A DNA stretch of 64,000 nt from an uncultured Pseudomonadales bacterium (GCA_964447075.1 CAYUQY010000001.1:41202-105201); one strand, 5' to 3'; positions 1 to 9,645 are shown, counted from the first letter of the stretch. Numbers and translations are program-made. The notes: generated by a model from the sequence alone, not told the origin.

Positions 1-58
1 CATTAAATAGTTCAATTTACAACTATAGAGTTAAGAATAAAAGTGGATTGACCCAGAT

Positions 59-2530
59 TCATTTCAATACTAGTTCCGCAACTTTGCCACCTTGTGGAAC
101 ACTTGTTGAACCTCCTACCGTTCCACTGAATACAGGTAAGCCTTTCACATTAGTAAAGCCATAGAGTTCTTCAAGAGGTTTTAAATCTATAATTCTCGTT
201 TGAGAACCTGTGGTGTTCTGAGTTATTGGCTCAAAAAAATTATCACTCATTGGATCTCTAGGGTCAAAGGCAAGAACTTTAATTACTCCAGGTTTAAATT
301 TTTTTACGATTGCTTGAAGAGCGGTTTGAGCGTCATTACTAGTTATTTCCCTGACGGTTCCATCTGCATTGTTAGTATTAAAAATAAAGTAACGTCCATC
401 CTTAACACCTAATATCGGTACTACTATTGGAGAAGCAATTGTGTTTCCTTTAGAATCGACTGACAAAATGAAAAATTCTGTAGCTAATGTTATTTGTATT
501 CCATTGGGGAAACTTATATCAGGATTTTCAAGTAAACGTGCCTGCACTCCAGGAGTTGTAAAACGATCTGGATAAATTTGAGTAGTAGACAAGCAACCTT
601 CAGGTGAATCCTTGCACCAGTCTGAAATAAACTTAATCATAGCTTCTGAGTTTAACTTTGCATCATTATTAAAAACAGTCACCAGCGGTGAAACTTCAGC
701 CGCTGGAGTTTCAGTCCCAGTCAATGTCGCAGTCGCCTCAGGCGTACTCGTCGCCTTCGCCGTAGCCTCTGGCGTAGCAGTAGCTGGACCATTCCGCACT
801 TCTTGTGGAGTGGCATCATAGACCAATTGACATCCTCTAGCTTCAGGTTGCCAGGTGTTTGAAGCTGTTGTAGGCGTGGCTAAGTTTTCTATGTTTCTTA
901 CTGGCTCGCAATGAGCTACCAACAGGTCTGGCTTGTTTTCTCCCATGGGATACCAAATTTCTGGTAATCCTGATTCTGAGTTATATCTAGCTAAAAAGAG
1001 GTGAGCTCGATTACCATATTTTTTGACTAATTCACCTACATTTACTGTTCCATATGGAGTAGAGATCCACGAGCTTATTTGCCCTGAGATTAGGTAATCT
1101 ACTGGCACATCTGAGAATGCAGATGAGAACTCGACCATTCCGTATTCATTGACTTGAACGTAGTAGGGCCTTCCTTGATAAAATGCAACTCGAAGCCTAT
1201 TAATGGGGTCTATAACTACATCTACATTTATATTCAATGAGTCTATTACTGCGAACTTCCAGTTTCTACCTTCAAGGTAGCTAGCAGTGGCCAAGCCTTC
1301 TCTGGGATCTCCAACTGCAGGAGTACCATTTCCACAGTCTAGTGAGGCGTACTCAGTGTCAGTCTCTTTGTCGAGAATCACTATACACACAAATCCTAAA
1401 TTGTGAGTCATATAAATAGAGTACTGTCCAGTCTTAGGATCGATTGAGCCATATACAGACACTGGACCATCGATATCAGCTTCAGCTTGAGTTTTTTTTG
1501 CCTCCATATCAGCAGCCATTATCTTTACTAGATCTGGAGATGCATGATAATTTTCAGTACCAGTTACTAATAGGTCGATTCCGTTCCCATCTTTCAAAGC
1601 TTGCCTTAGTTCAACCAGGCTAACTGCTCTAGTGCCAATGCTTGCTTCTGGGTTATAAGCAGCTGGAGGAAAGTAGGCGGCAAATTGTTCAGGAGTTGGA
1701 GGGGCAAAGTGAGTTGCTGTGGGAGGAGCTTTTGTACTGGGTGGTTCAGTGAGGGTAGCTACCCTTGGCGTTTCAGAGGGAGACACGATGGTTGGAACTT
1801 CTGGCGGGCGATCGGTGGGTCTGTCATTCTGACTATCAGTGGGATTTGGGGTTCCAATGGCATTGGCGCATGCTGTTAAAAATAAGAGTATTAGAACGAC
1901 GAATGCCATCAAAACGTTAAACTCAGCTTTTCCATAACCAGCCTCAGATTGAAGTGCTAAAGCTAAGGTGCCTTGTGAGTTTGTCAACCTCTGCTTGCGA
2001 CTATTTAAGTTCAGATTAAAAATCTTACTTGCTAAGTTTTGAATAGTGTGAAGAATTCTCTTATTAGATGATGTAACTTCAGTGGATCTCACGAGTCCTG
2101 CTGATAAAAACTCAAGTGTCTCAAGAGTGATCTCGCTGACAGGGAGCAAATGAAGTAATGAAGTGGCTAATTGGCTTGCGTCAGGACGCAGAAGTTGAAA
2201 AATATCTGCGAGAATCTGGTATTTTTCTTCAGTTGGATGAGTTGTATGACCACCTATTACTTTTCTACCTGCTGGATTTTCAAGTGTGATGAGATTTTGA
2301 AGCAAAACCCTGAGTCGATTCAGATCTTCATTGGAAAAGCTTCGAGCCTTCAGGCCTAAACGGTTGGGGCTATGCCACTCGACAGACAACTCTAGCTGCA
2401 ATTTTGCAATTGCCTGGTCTAATAAGTTAATCAAGACTTTCGCGCAACTCTCTGGAGCTTTAGATAAAGTATCTAATTCACGTGAGAGTCTTTCAAAAAA
2501 AGTAATTTCCTTAGATGCTGCTCCGCTCAT
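59..2530 (-). CDS. Large orphan membrane-anchored protein (internal TM plus lipobox-like LTAC, Pro/Thr-rich linkers)
   Basis: 823-aa ORF with an AGAGGA SD-like motif. Hydrophobic stretch VLMAFVVLILLFLTAC at about aa 206-221; PT-rich segments such as TATPEATAKATSTPEATAT. No family recognised. Confidence 0.7.
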   Translation of the reverse strand: MSGAASKEITFFERLSRELDTLSKAPESCAKVLINLLDQAIAKLQLELSVEWHSPNRLGLKARSFSNEDLNRLRVLLQNLITLENPAGRKVIGGHTTHPTEEKYQILADIFQLLRPDASQLATSLLHLLPVSEITLETLEFLSAGLVRSTEVTSSNKRILHTIQNLASKIFNLNLNSRKQRLTNSQGTLALALQSEAGYGKAEFNVLMAFVVLILLFLTACANAIGTPNPTDSQNDRPTDRPPEVPTIVSPSETPRVATLTEPPSTKAPPTATHFAPPTPEQFAAYFPPAAYNPEASIGTRAVSLVELRQALKDGNGIDLLVTGTENYHASPDLVKIMAADMEAKKTQAEADIDGPVSVYGSIDPKTGQYSIYMTHNLGFVCIVILDKETDTEYASLDCGNGTPAVGDPREGLATASYLEGRNWKFAVIDSLNINVDVVIDPINRLRVAFYQGRPYYVQVNEYGMVEFSSAFSDVPVDYLISGQISSWISTPYGTVNVGELVKKYGNRAHLFLARYNSESGLPEIWYPMGENKPDLLVAHCEPVRNIENLATPTTASNTWQPEARGCQLVYDATPQEVRNGPATATPEATAKATSTPEATATLTGTETPAAEVSPLVTVFNNDAKLNSEAMIKFISDWCKDSPEGCLSTTQIYPDRFTTPGVQARLLENPDISFPNGIQITLATEFFILSVDSKGNTIASPIVVPILGVKDGRYFIFNTNNADGTVREITSNDAQTALQAIVKKFKPGVIKVLAFDPRDPMSDNFFEPITQNTTGSQTRIIDLKPLEELYGFTNVKGLPVFSGTVGGSTSVPQGGKVAELVLK

Positions 2531-2650
2531 TTGTTCCTCTTTCAGAGTTTTGATTATTTATAAAATTAAATCTAACGTCTTCAGTATATTTACTTTGACT
2601 TACTGTGAGCAGCCATTTGAGGCCGCCCAACCAACGTCTCCAATTTGTTC

Positions 2651-2678
2651 ATTATAGGCTTCTATCGGCTTTTCTCAA
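2651..2678 (-). promoter_or_regulatory. Sigma70-type promoter for the 823-aa gene
   Basis: TTGAGA-N16-TATAAT on the minus strand, about 120 nt upstream of the ATG at 2530. Confidence 0.6.
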
Positions 2679-3006
2679 GGTGTAATTGATGTGTATGATC
2701 GCGCTTTTTTGGCTTTTTGGCAAGAGCGATCTACCATCCGACCTCAAGAATCGAGAAATTATACACTACTTTGTCTGGAGGTGAGGGTGTAACGAGTGGC
2801 TCGAACATGAAAAGATGAACTTGACCGACTCATTTTGAGTCGATAGTGTTCTGTAATGAGTCGAGAGAATTGACCTCCCAAGCAGCCATACTCCGTTTTT
2901 ACGAGACTCACATCCTCTATCACGTCAAGAGATTGCTGATGAACTAGTGTGAGTTTGCGCTGAAGACTTACTTTATTTGATGGGAAAAGCTACTGAGTCT
3001 TTTTAA

Positions 3007-3597
3007 TTAATCGCCAGAGGTTGTTTTAGAAGTTTCACTATATTCTTTGTTTGCACTCATTGACTCAGTTATAAGTTTTCTCAAGTAAACAGATCTGGGT
3101 ATTCTTTTCTTCTGTGCAATCCAATCCAGGTATGAGACTTGGCTTGGAGAAATAAAGAAGTTAAAACGAACATCAGTGGAGTCCTTGGCATAGTCGAAGG
3201 CATCGCTAAGAACTTCAGATATGTTTTCAAGCGAGTACTCGATAAGTTGAAGTCTCTCGCTGGATATTCCAGATAGGAAAAATGGTGCATGATCCTTAAG
3301 ATACAGTGCGATTACGGGTTTGCTTTGTTCTAGCGCTTTGTTTATCAGGTAGCCAATAGATACACTAGTTGTGGAAGCTTCAACAATTAGCAAATCTGCT
3401 TGGCGTAGATTTCGCATTGTCTCTTCATACATCTTGATCACTTCTTCGTGATCAGCAGCATATACTTTTTCTGATTCAGATAAGGCTACTTTAGAGAGGT
3501 GAACATGCCTTAAGCTTTCTACGGCTTTGTAGATAGCCATATGTTCAGCTAACAGATCTTTAAAAGCTCTTGGAGTACCGTGAAAATATACCTTCAT
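3007..3597 (-). CDS. Nucleoside 2-deoxyribosyltransferase-like domain fused to a C-terminal ribbon-helix-helix domain
   Basis: NDT fold motifs MKVYFHGT, ADLLIVEAS, SVSIGYLI, SKPVIALY. RHH-like tail VRFNFFISPSQVSYLDWIAQKKRIPRSVYLRKLI. Start moved to ATG 3597, which has TGnTAGAAT 8 nt upstream. Confidence 0.75.
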   Translation of the reverse strand: MKVYFHGTPRAFKDLLAEHMAIYKAVESLRHVHLSKVALSESEKVYAADHEEVIKMYEETMRNLRQADLLIVEASTTSVSIGYLINKALEQSKPVIALYLKDHAPFFLSGISSERLQLIEYSLENISEVLSDAFDYAKDSTDVRFNFFISPSQVSYLDWIAQKKRIPRSVYLRKLITESMSANKEYSETSKTTSGD

Positions 3598-3653
3598 ATT
3601 TGAGTATTCTAACACCAAGTATCAAAATCTGATAAATATAGATTGCAATAATC

Positions 3654-4478
3654 TTAAATTAATTTTCGGATTTCATAATTAATAGCCTGGTAAAGTAAAG
3701 TAGACTTGTCTTCTGTTGAGTCAGAATGAAGAAAATGCTCAAGTCCCTCTTCGACCATATCCCCACAATCACCAATACCTGCCTCACCTGATTCTCTGGG
3801 TTTATCTATAAATAGATATTTTGGAGCTTGCGTAACAGAAGTTCTTATTGGGAAGTAATATTGACTGTCAGTTAGATAATATGCACAGTAAATACCATTA
3901 ATGATGTCACTGTGAAGAGTGTTCAAGAACTTTAATCCCTGTCTATTAGCGAAGTTCACAATAAGATCGATTTTGGGCATGTTTTTGGAAAAACGACTCT
4001 TAAGCTCAAGTAGCAATTCAGATAGTGATTGTCCTGTTGCGATACCTTCATCAACTACAACAAGATGATAGTCTTCATAAAGATGAATATCATTTGGAAA
4101 GATTGGTAGTGAGGTATTCTTATACAAGCCACAGTTTGCAATATGGAGCTCACTAGTATCAAGCACACATGCGACACCAACGGCAGTTGCTAGTCCAGCT
4201 CTAGGCATACCTAGGATGAGTTCTCTAGAATCATTGGCCCGATTTCCAACACTCAATTTGGGAAATCTTTTAACTCTCGACCTCATCAAAATGGAGAGTT
4301 CTTTACCTTGAGTAGCCAATGCTAGGCGATATCCTACTCCACCAACGTTAGCCCAAAGTTGTTCGATATTAGTCGGATGTTCTAATATGAAAGTATTTTT
4401 GAATTCAGGCAGAACCTTATATGAAATGTCATAGATTTTTATTCTTGTTTCAATCTCATTACTAGTATGCTTGCTCAT
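3654..4478 (-). CDS. Type I phosphoribosyltransferase, uracil-PRTase-like
   Basis: MPRAGL (cf. ILRAGL), PRPP loop LVVVDEGIATGQS, GIGDCGD (cf. GLGDAGD). ATG 4478 overlaps the upstream TGA (ATGA). Confidence 0.7.
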   Translation of the reverse strand: MSKHTSNEIETRIKIYDISYKVLPEFKNTFILEHPTNIEQLWANVGGVGYRLALATQGKELSILMRSRVKRFPKLSVGNRANDSRELILGMPRAGLATAVGVACVLDTSELHIANCGLYKNTSLPIFPNDIHLYEDYHLVVVDEGIATGQSLSELLLELKSRFSKNMPKIDLIVNFANRQGLKFLNTLHSDIINGIYCAYYLTDSQYYFPIRTSVTQAPKYLFIDKPRESGEAGIGDCGDMVEEGLEHFLHSDSTEDKSTLLYQAINYEIRKLI

Positions 4479-5074
4479 ATTCTTTGAATGGTAAAAACAA
4501 AAAAATAATTCCATACACCGCAGGGCAATCTAAAGCTTTCTACCACTTTAGCACCAGATTGTGTAATTAGTTGCAGCCATTTGTTAAAGCTTAGAAAGCG
4601 CTCGTCACCAAGTGTCCTAACTAATCCTTCAGTTACTGGAAACTTATTGAATGAGTCAGAAGGTACAGGGATGATAACCGTATCTGCCAACAGTAGCTCA
4701 TGGATAAGAAGTTCTGATATTTTAGCATCTTGGTAGTACTCTAGAAATCCATGACTGAAAACTAGTTCATGTTTTGCTTTGACTTGATGATTCCTAATGG
4801 AATCATTGAAAAAAACTGCATTACCTTGTAAGATTTGATTCAATTTCTTTGAGAGTATGACCATATCTGGGTCGGTATCAATCCCGATTACTTTATGACC
4901 ACCTAGTCTTAACTTGATAGAGACTGTCAACCCCCCATATTTCAGGACAGACTGCGTGAGTACTGTTTAGCATAAGCGGCTGGTGGCATTTTAAGTGAGT
5001 TTAAGCTTGATAAACGCCTCACCAGATCCTGAGGCTTTAATTTGATCCTGGTAATTTTGGAACCATAGTCCCAT
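4475..5074 (-). pseudogene. Degraded class I SAM-dependent methyltransferase
   Basis: ATG at 5074 is in frame with the 4475-4930 ORF (VIGIDTDPDMV, LVFSHGFLEYY) but is interrupted by TAA at 4991-4993 and 4967-4969. Motif I is degenerate (VLKYGG). Confidence 0.65.
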
Positions 5075-5096
5075 AGGTGCTTTAATTAGTTTTGAT

Positions 5097-5804
5097 TTAT
5101 TTACCCAGAGTCCATTTAATGGCTAGCAGTCTTGGGTTATTTCGAGAATCAAATATCTCTTTAATCTCATTTAAACAAAGAAATTGACTAAATGCTCTTA
5201 AGTAGTACTCAACTGGTCTATGAAAGTAATTGGCTATTACTTTATTTTCAAACATACTTCTTCGAATGACAGCTTGCTCTAGGTAGTCGCAAGTGTTCAA
5301 AAACTTGGGATGTTTCTGGCCCAACGATGCATTAATATTTGCAATTAACATTTCTGCTGGATGATGGATTATCATAATGAATATGCCCTCTCTTTTTAGA
5401 GTCCTTGCTACTTCTTTAACAAATAGAGCAGTATTTTCTATGTATTGATTAACCATAATTGATAAGGTTATGTCTGAGGATTCGGAGGCTAATTCAAAAG
5501 GTTCTTCTAAGTTTGCAAGATACAGTTTAATGTTTTGGAAAGGTGAGCAGTTTTCAGTCGCATACTTTATCATCTCTGAAGAAGCATCGAGTCCGATTAT
5601 GCTATTTGCCTTATGAGCCATCATTGAAAGTAGATAGCCATTTCCACATCCTAAATCAACAATCTTCTTGCCTTCATACGCACCAATCCACTCTAGAATT
5701 AGAGGATTTATCAATTTTTGGTGCAATTCATCACCAGTAGCTCCGAAGATATTATGATAAAGCTCGGCGAGAGGCTGCCACTGGTTGAAGAAAAAACTTT
5801 TCAT
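5097..5804 (-). CDS. Class I SAM-dependent methyltransferase
   Basis: IVDLGCGNG motif I, IIGLDAS, EVARTLKREG, HHP. Confidence 0.9.
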   Translation of the reverse strand: MKSFFFNQWQPLAELYHNIFGATGDELHQKLINPLILEWIGAYEGKKIVDLGCGNGYLLSMMAHKANSIIGLDASSEMIKYATENCSPFQNIKLYLANLEEPFELASESSDITLSIMVNQYIENTALFVKEVARTLKREGIFIMIIHHPAEMLIANINASLGQKHPKFLNTCDYLEQAVIRRSMFENKVIANYFHRPVEYYLRAFSQFLCLNEIKEIFDSRNNPRLLAIKWTLGK

Positions 5805-5956
5805 AATTTCTGAGTATATATGATAGGGCTCGATTAGAATGATTTGGCAGACATCAAAGCACAGAATGAGATTATACTGGATATATCAACAATTGGCAGA
5901 AGCCGTAAGTCGCAGAATAAGCTTTAGAAGCCATCTTTTGAGAGTTTGCGATTTAT

Positions 5957-5986
5957 TTGACTTACATACTGTATTATTCATATACT
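5957..5986 (+). promoter_or_regulatory. Promoter of the pil cluster (near-leaderless)
   Basis: TTGACT-N18-TATACT, 7 nt before ATG 5994. Confidence 0.55.
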
Positions 5987-5993
5987 TACATAT

Positions 5994-6821
5994 ATGTCCT
6001 CTGGACGTGTTTTCTTTCGCTCTGCGACTCAATCAGGCCAAATCGGCCTCATTCTCCTCCTGATGATGGTGGTGATGTTGACGATCGGTCTGTCTCTAGT
6101 GGCACGCACAAGCAAGGAGCTCAAGATAGCCACCCAAGAGACTGAGACTACTCAAGTGTTGACTGCTTCTGAGACTGGTATCAATGATTACTTGGCTTTA
6201 GATTTAGGGACGCTTAACTATGTAGCTAGAACCTATATCGCTTCACCTGAGCCAGTTACTAGTGACGGTGATTTTATCAATCAAGTCACTGTGACTCAGA
6301 ATATTAATCTCGACATCCCTAGACTTGAAGAGGGTGCTGCTGCGCAAGCAAATGTAACTGGAGGCACAGCTCTTACTGTCTACTGGGGGTCTGAGATCTG
6401 CAGTTCACCTTCAGGTAGGGCGAGTCTTGTGGTCACTATTTACGGTGATACGGATGGGGTCAAGACAGCTAAACACACTGCACATGCTGGCTGTGATCTC
6501 TCAGGAACTGATGGCATTGCTTTTAATACGGCTTCCGACGTCATTGGTGTAGACCCGACTGGTGCAGGACTCAAGAGAATGACAACAGTCGCACTGCCTC
6601 CTGGCTCAACAGTCGCTCGCATCAGGCCAGTCTACACTAGCACTCGTCTTCATGCCGAACTCACCTCATCTACGCCCAACACTCAAGGCTACAGTATCCG
6701 CTCCACTGGTACTTCTACCAGAGGTGATGAGACTCGAATCGTCCAGCTTGATCAAACTCTACCTATTGCCCCATCGGTCTTAGATTATGTATTATTATCA
6801 GGTAGCACAATCAATAAATAA
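5994..6821 (+). CDS. PilX-like minor pilin / pilus assembly protein
   Basis: SG|QIGLILLLMMVVMLTIGLS N-terminal helix and ASETGI (PilX_N AEAGI-like); first gene before pilM. Confidence 0.75.
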   Translation: MSSGRVFFRSATQSGQIGLILLLMMVVMLTIGLSLVARTSKELKIATQETETTQVLTASETGINDYLALDLGTLNYVARTYIASPEPVTSDGDFINQVTVTQNINLDIPRLEEGAAAQANVTGGTALTVYWGSEICSSPSGRASLVVTIYGDTDGVKTAKHTAHAGCDLSGTDGIAFNTASDVIGVDPTGAGLKRMTTVALPPGSTVARIRPVYTSTRLHAELTSSTPNTQGYSIRSTGTSTRGDETRIVQLDQTLPIAPSVLDYVLLSGSTINK

Positions 6822-6857
6822 TTTTTTAGATTTAAAAAAAATAACAAGACCTGCCCT

Positions 6858-7874
6858 ATGTCTACTACTACTGCTATTGATATAGGTAGCTATGCCATCA
6901 AGATTGTTGTCGGACATAGTGGCTACGCCCCTAAAATAGAACGAGTGGTCGAGCTTTTCAACACTGTCGGCGCTAGCTTGCCCACCGACGATCGCAGTCG
7001 TGATGACTTGATCCAGCTGATAGGCAACGCCGTCAACGACTACAAAATTCCTCGAGCTGACGTGAGATTGTCCCTGCCAGAATCAGCAGTCTCGACCAAA
7101 GTAATCGAGATGCCTCCCCTCTCTGATGCCGAGTTAGCCTCAGCTATTCAGTGGCAAGCAGAACAACACATACCTATTCCACTTGATGAGTTGGCTCTAG
7201 AGTATCAAGTGCTCTATCGACCAGCTCGAGGCCAAAGAGGTGAGCAGATGCGTGTCTTGTTGATCGGTAGCCGCAAGAAAATTATCGATAGTTACTTAGA
7301 GATCTTTTATCAAGTTGGCATTGAGCCTTTGTTACTTGAAACTCAAGTGCTTTCGACTATCCGTTCTCTGCAGTTCACTCCTGAAGATCCAGCTACTATG
7401 GTGGTCAACATGGGAGCCTCATCTACAGATATGGCTGTCGTGGCTCAGGGAGAGATGGCTTTTGTGTACACAGTCGGTCAAGGTGGCCAGATCTTGACAC
7501 GCACTATCATGCAGACTCTTCAGCAAGAAGCCAAAGCGGCCGAGGAGTACAAGCGTCAGTACGGTCTGGATCCTCAAGCTTTGGGAGGTAAGTTGCGAGA
7601 GGTCATCATGCCAGTTGTGGAGAATCAAGTTCAGGATGTGCGCAAAGCCCTCAACTTTTTTGTGACAGCTCATCCCACGACACAAGTAGGTAGAGTCGTT
7701 TTGTGCGGTGGGTCAGCACAGCTGCCAGGACTTGTACAGCACATGGCAGAAGTGATGGGGGTGGAAGTGCTGATGGGAGCTTCATTTGGTATGGCCACTG
7801 GTGAGATTCCTACTGGAGCCGTGACTCAATACAGTGTCTGCATGGGCTTACTGATGAGAGATCTCAGTATCTAG
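6858..7874 (+). CDS. pilM: Type IV pilus assembly protein PilM
   Basis: AIDIGSYAIK, AEQHIPIPL, VVNMGASST, VVLCGGSAQLPGL (actin-like fold). Confidence 0.92.
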   Translation: MSTTTAIDIGSYAIKIVVGHSGYAPKIERVVELFNTVGASLPTDDRSRDDLIQLIGNAVNDYKIPRADVRLSLPESAVSTKVIEMPPLSDAELASAIQWQAEQHIPIPLDELALEYQVLYRPARGQRGEQMRVLLIGSRKKIIDSYLEIFYQVGIEPLLLETQVLSTIRSLQFTPEDPATMVVNMGASSTDMAVVAQGEMAFVYTVGQGGQILTRTIMQTLQQEAKAAEEYKRQYGLDPQALGGKLREVIMPVVENQVQDVRKALNFFVTAHPTTQVGRVVLCGGSAQLPGLVQHMAEVMGVEVLMGASFGMATGEIPTGAVTQYSVCMGLLMRDLSI

Positions 7875-7906
7875 TAGTCAGCGTTCAAGCTTTTTAAGTC
7901 ACATAT

Positions 7907-8446
7907 ATGCCCAAGACTATCAATTTTTTGAGCCATCAGCGCAAGAAAGTCACCCGTACCCAACTTCAGGATAAAAAGTATTTTCTGATTGGGAGTATTT
8001 TTTTTGCTGTGAGTCTAGTTCTGACTGTAAGTGTGGTGGCGGTTAGGAGCTATTTTCACACCCAGCTTACGGCAACCACAACAGCTATAGAAGTTGCCCG
8101 ATCAGAGATCGCCCAGAATAGCTCCAACATAGATGCAATTACAGTGTTTGTGTTGAAGCTCAAGAAGTTGGTCGAGCTTGAGTCAACCAAGAAAAATAAA
8201 ACTGCCCAGATAGAGTCAATTCAGGCTATTTTTGGACCGGTGGCGCTGATTGATGAGATGACAGTGATGCCTGTGCAGAGTCAGATGAAGTTTGGTCTGA
8301 AAACAAAAGATGTATTTAAACTAGCGGAGGTGATACGTCTGGCCAACGATCCTGAGACCAAAAAAAAACTGACATCAGTAGCTTTGAGTGGTTTAGTCAG
8401 AGGAGCAGATGGCAGTTATATTTTGCAGGTGATTGTACCTTTGTAA
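7907..8446 (+). CDS. PilN-like protein
   Basis: N-terminal INFL motif plus a single TM helix and coiled coil; follows pilM. Confidence 0.7.
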   Translation: MPKTINFLSHQRKKVTRTQLQDKKYFLIGSIFFAVSLVLTVSVVAVRSYFHTQLTATTTAIEVARSEIAQNSSNIDAITVFVLKLKKLVELESTKKNKTAQIESIQAIFGPVALIDEMTVMPVQSQMKFGLKTKDVFKLAEVIRLANDPETKKKLTSVALSGLVRGADGSYILQVIVPL

Positions 8447-8468
8447 AGATTTAGACAGTAACTTTTTT

Positions 8469-9329
8469 ATGCCTCTAGAACTAGCCCACATCAACTTTCG
8501 CTTATTGCTCAAACAGAGACGCATGCTCTTGAGCGGCATCTGTGGAGCTGTTATAGGTATCGCTATGATTCTGATGGTGGGCATACCTGAGTTCATGGGT
8601 ATCTTTGAAACGCGTGAAAGACTCAGTAGCGAGAGCGTCTTGCTTGAGACACTCCAAAAAAAGGTTGTTCAAGTCCGAGAGTTAGCATCAGTTCCTGGTT
8701 TCACTCACAAAGATCAGATAGACGAGTTACTTCCCAATGAAAAACCAGTAGTGCCATTTATGAGTGGAGTTTCGCTTGTTGTGACTCAGATGGAGTTGCC
8801 GGTGGGCAACATGAGTATTACGCCTGGAAGACTCAATTCGTTGCGTGCGGTTGACTCTAGATCAAGCTCAGCTCAACTGCAGAATACTCAGGCTGTTAAA
8901 GGTGAAATAATGATGTCTTTTCAGACCTCAGGAAAAATTTCTCAGCTTTATGAGCTGATCAATAAAATTGAGAAAAGTGCTCCTATGTCAGTTGTAACCC
9001 AGATCAGGCTTTCCAAAAAAGTGCCAGATAACTTCTCTCCAATATCTAGTTCTACCAGTTCTTCGACTGCTTCGACAACTAACCAAGATGGTCCTGCCAA
9101 TACTACAGATGAAGATGAGCTGCTGACTGCAGCCTTTGAGGTTACTGGCAACTACTTTGTGGACAAGGCTGAAATATCTCAGGATGAAGCGGTGCCTCTA
9201 CCTGGTGAAAAAGAGCTTCAGTTTATCTCTGGACTTGCTGAGTTTACCTTCCCCCAATCTGAGTTCCCAGCCGCTGCTGGTGGTTCGACACTCCAGTTTG
9301 GAGATCTAGAGATTAAGCCTCAACAGTAG
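8469..9329 (+). CDS. PilO-like protein
   Basis: N-terminal TM, coiled coil, LLPNE, LINKIEKSAP; position after the pilN-like gene. Confidence 0.65.
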   Translation: MPLELAHINFRLLLKQRRMLLSGICGAVIGIAMILMVGIPEFMGIFETRERLSSESVLLETLQKKVVQVRELASVPGFTHKDQIDELLPNEKPVVPFMSGVSLVVTQMELPVGNMSITPGRLNSLRAVDSRSSSAQLQNTQAVKGEIMMSFQTSGKISQLYELINKIEKSAPMSVVTQIRLSKKVPDNFSPISSSTSSSTASTTNQDGPANTTDEDELLTAAFEVTGNYFVDKAEISQDEAVPLPGEKELQFISGLAEFTFPQSEFPAAAGGSTLQFGDLEIKPQQ

Positions 9330-9609
9330 AAATAGGAGAAGTAGGTGTATCAGATGGAGCAGGTATCCCAGCTGGAGCATCTTCTGCCAAAGTGACGTAA
9401 GCACGGATGTTTTCTTTGACTGCGCGAACGCGTGCGAGAGAGCGAATGGCTTGGATGACTCGACCCTGCTTGCCGATGACTTTACCGATGTCTTCTTGGT
9501 GGACATGGAGAATATAAGTGTAGCCACGATCATCTTGAGACTCCTCTACCCTAGCATCATCTGGATGATCGACAATGTGGTTAAGAATGAACTCAAGAAG
9601 ATTTTTCAT
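9313..9609 (-). CDS. khpA: KH-domain RNA-binding protein KhpA
   Basis: DIGKVIGKQGRVIQAIR; downstream of rpsP. Confidence 0.9.
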   Translation of the reverse strand: MKNLLEFILNHIVDHPDDARVEESQDDRGYTYILHVHQEDIGKVIGKQGRVIQAIRSLARVRAVKENIRAYVTLAEDAPAGIPAPSDTPTSPISTVEA

Positions 9610-9645
9610 AGGAACGTCTTTTTTGAAGTAAAAATATACTTTAGT

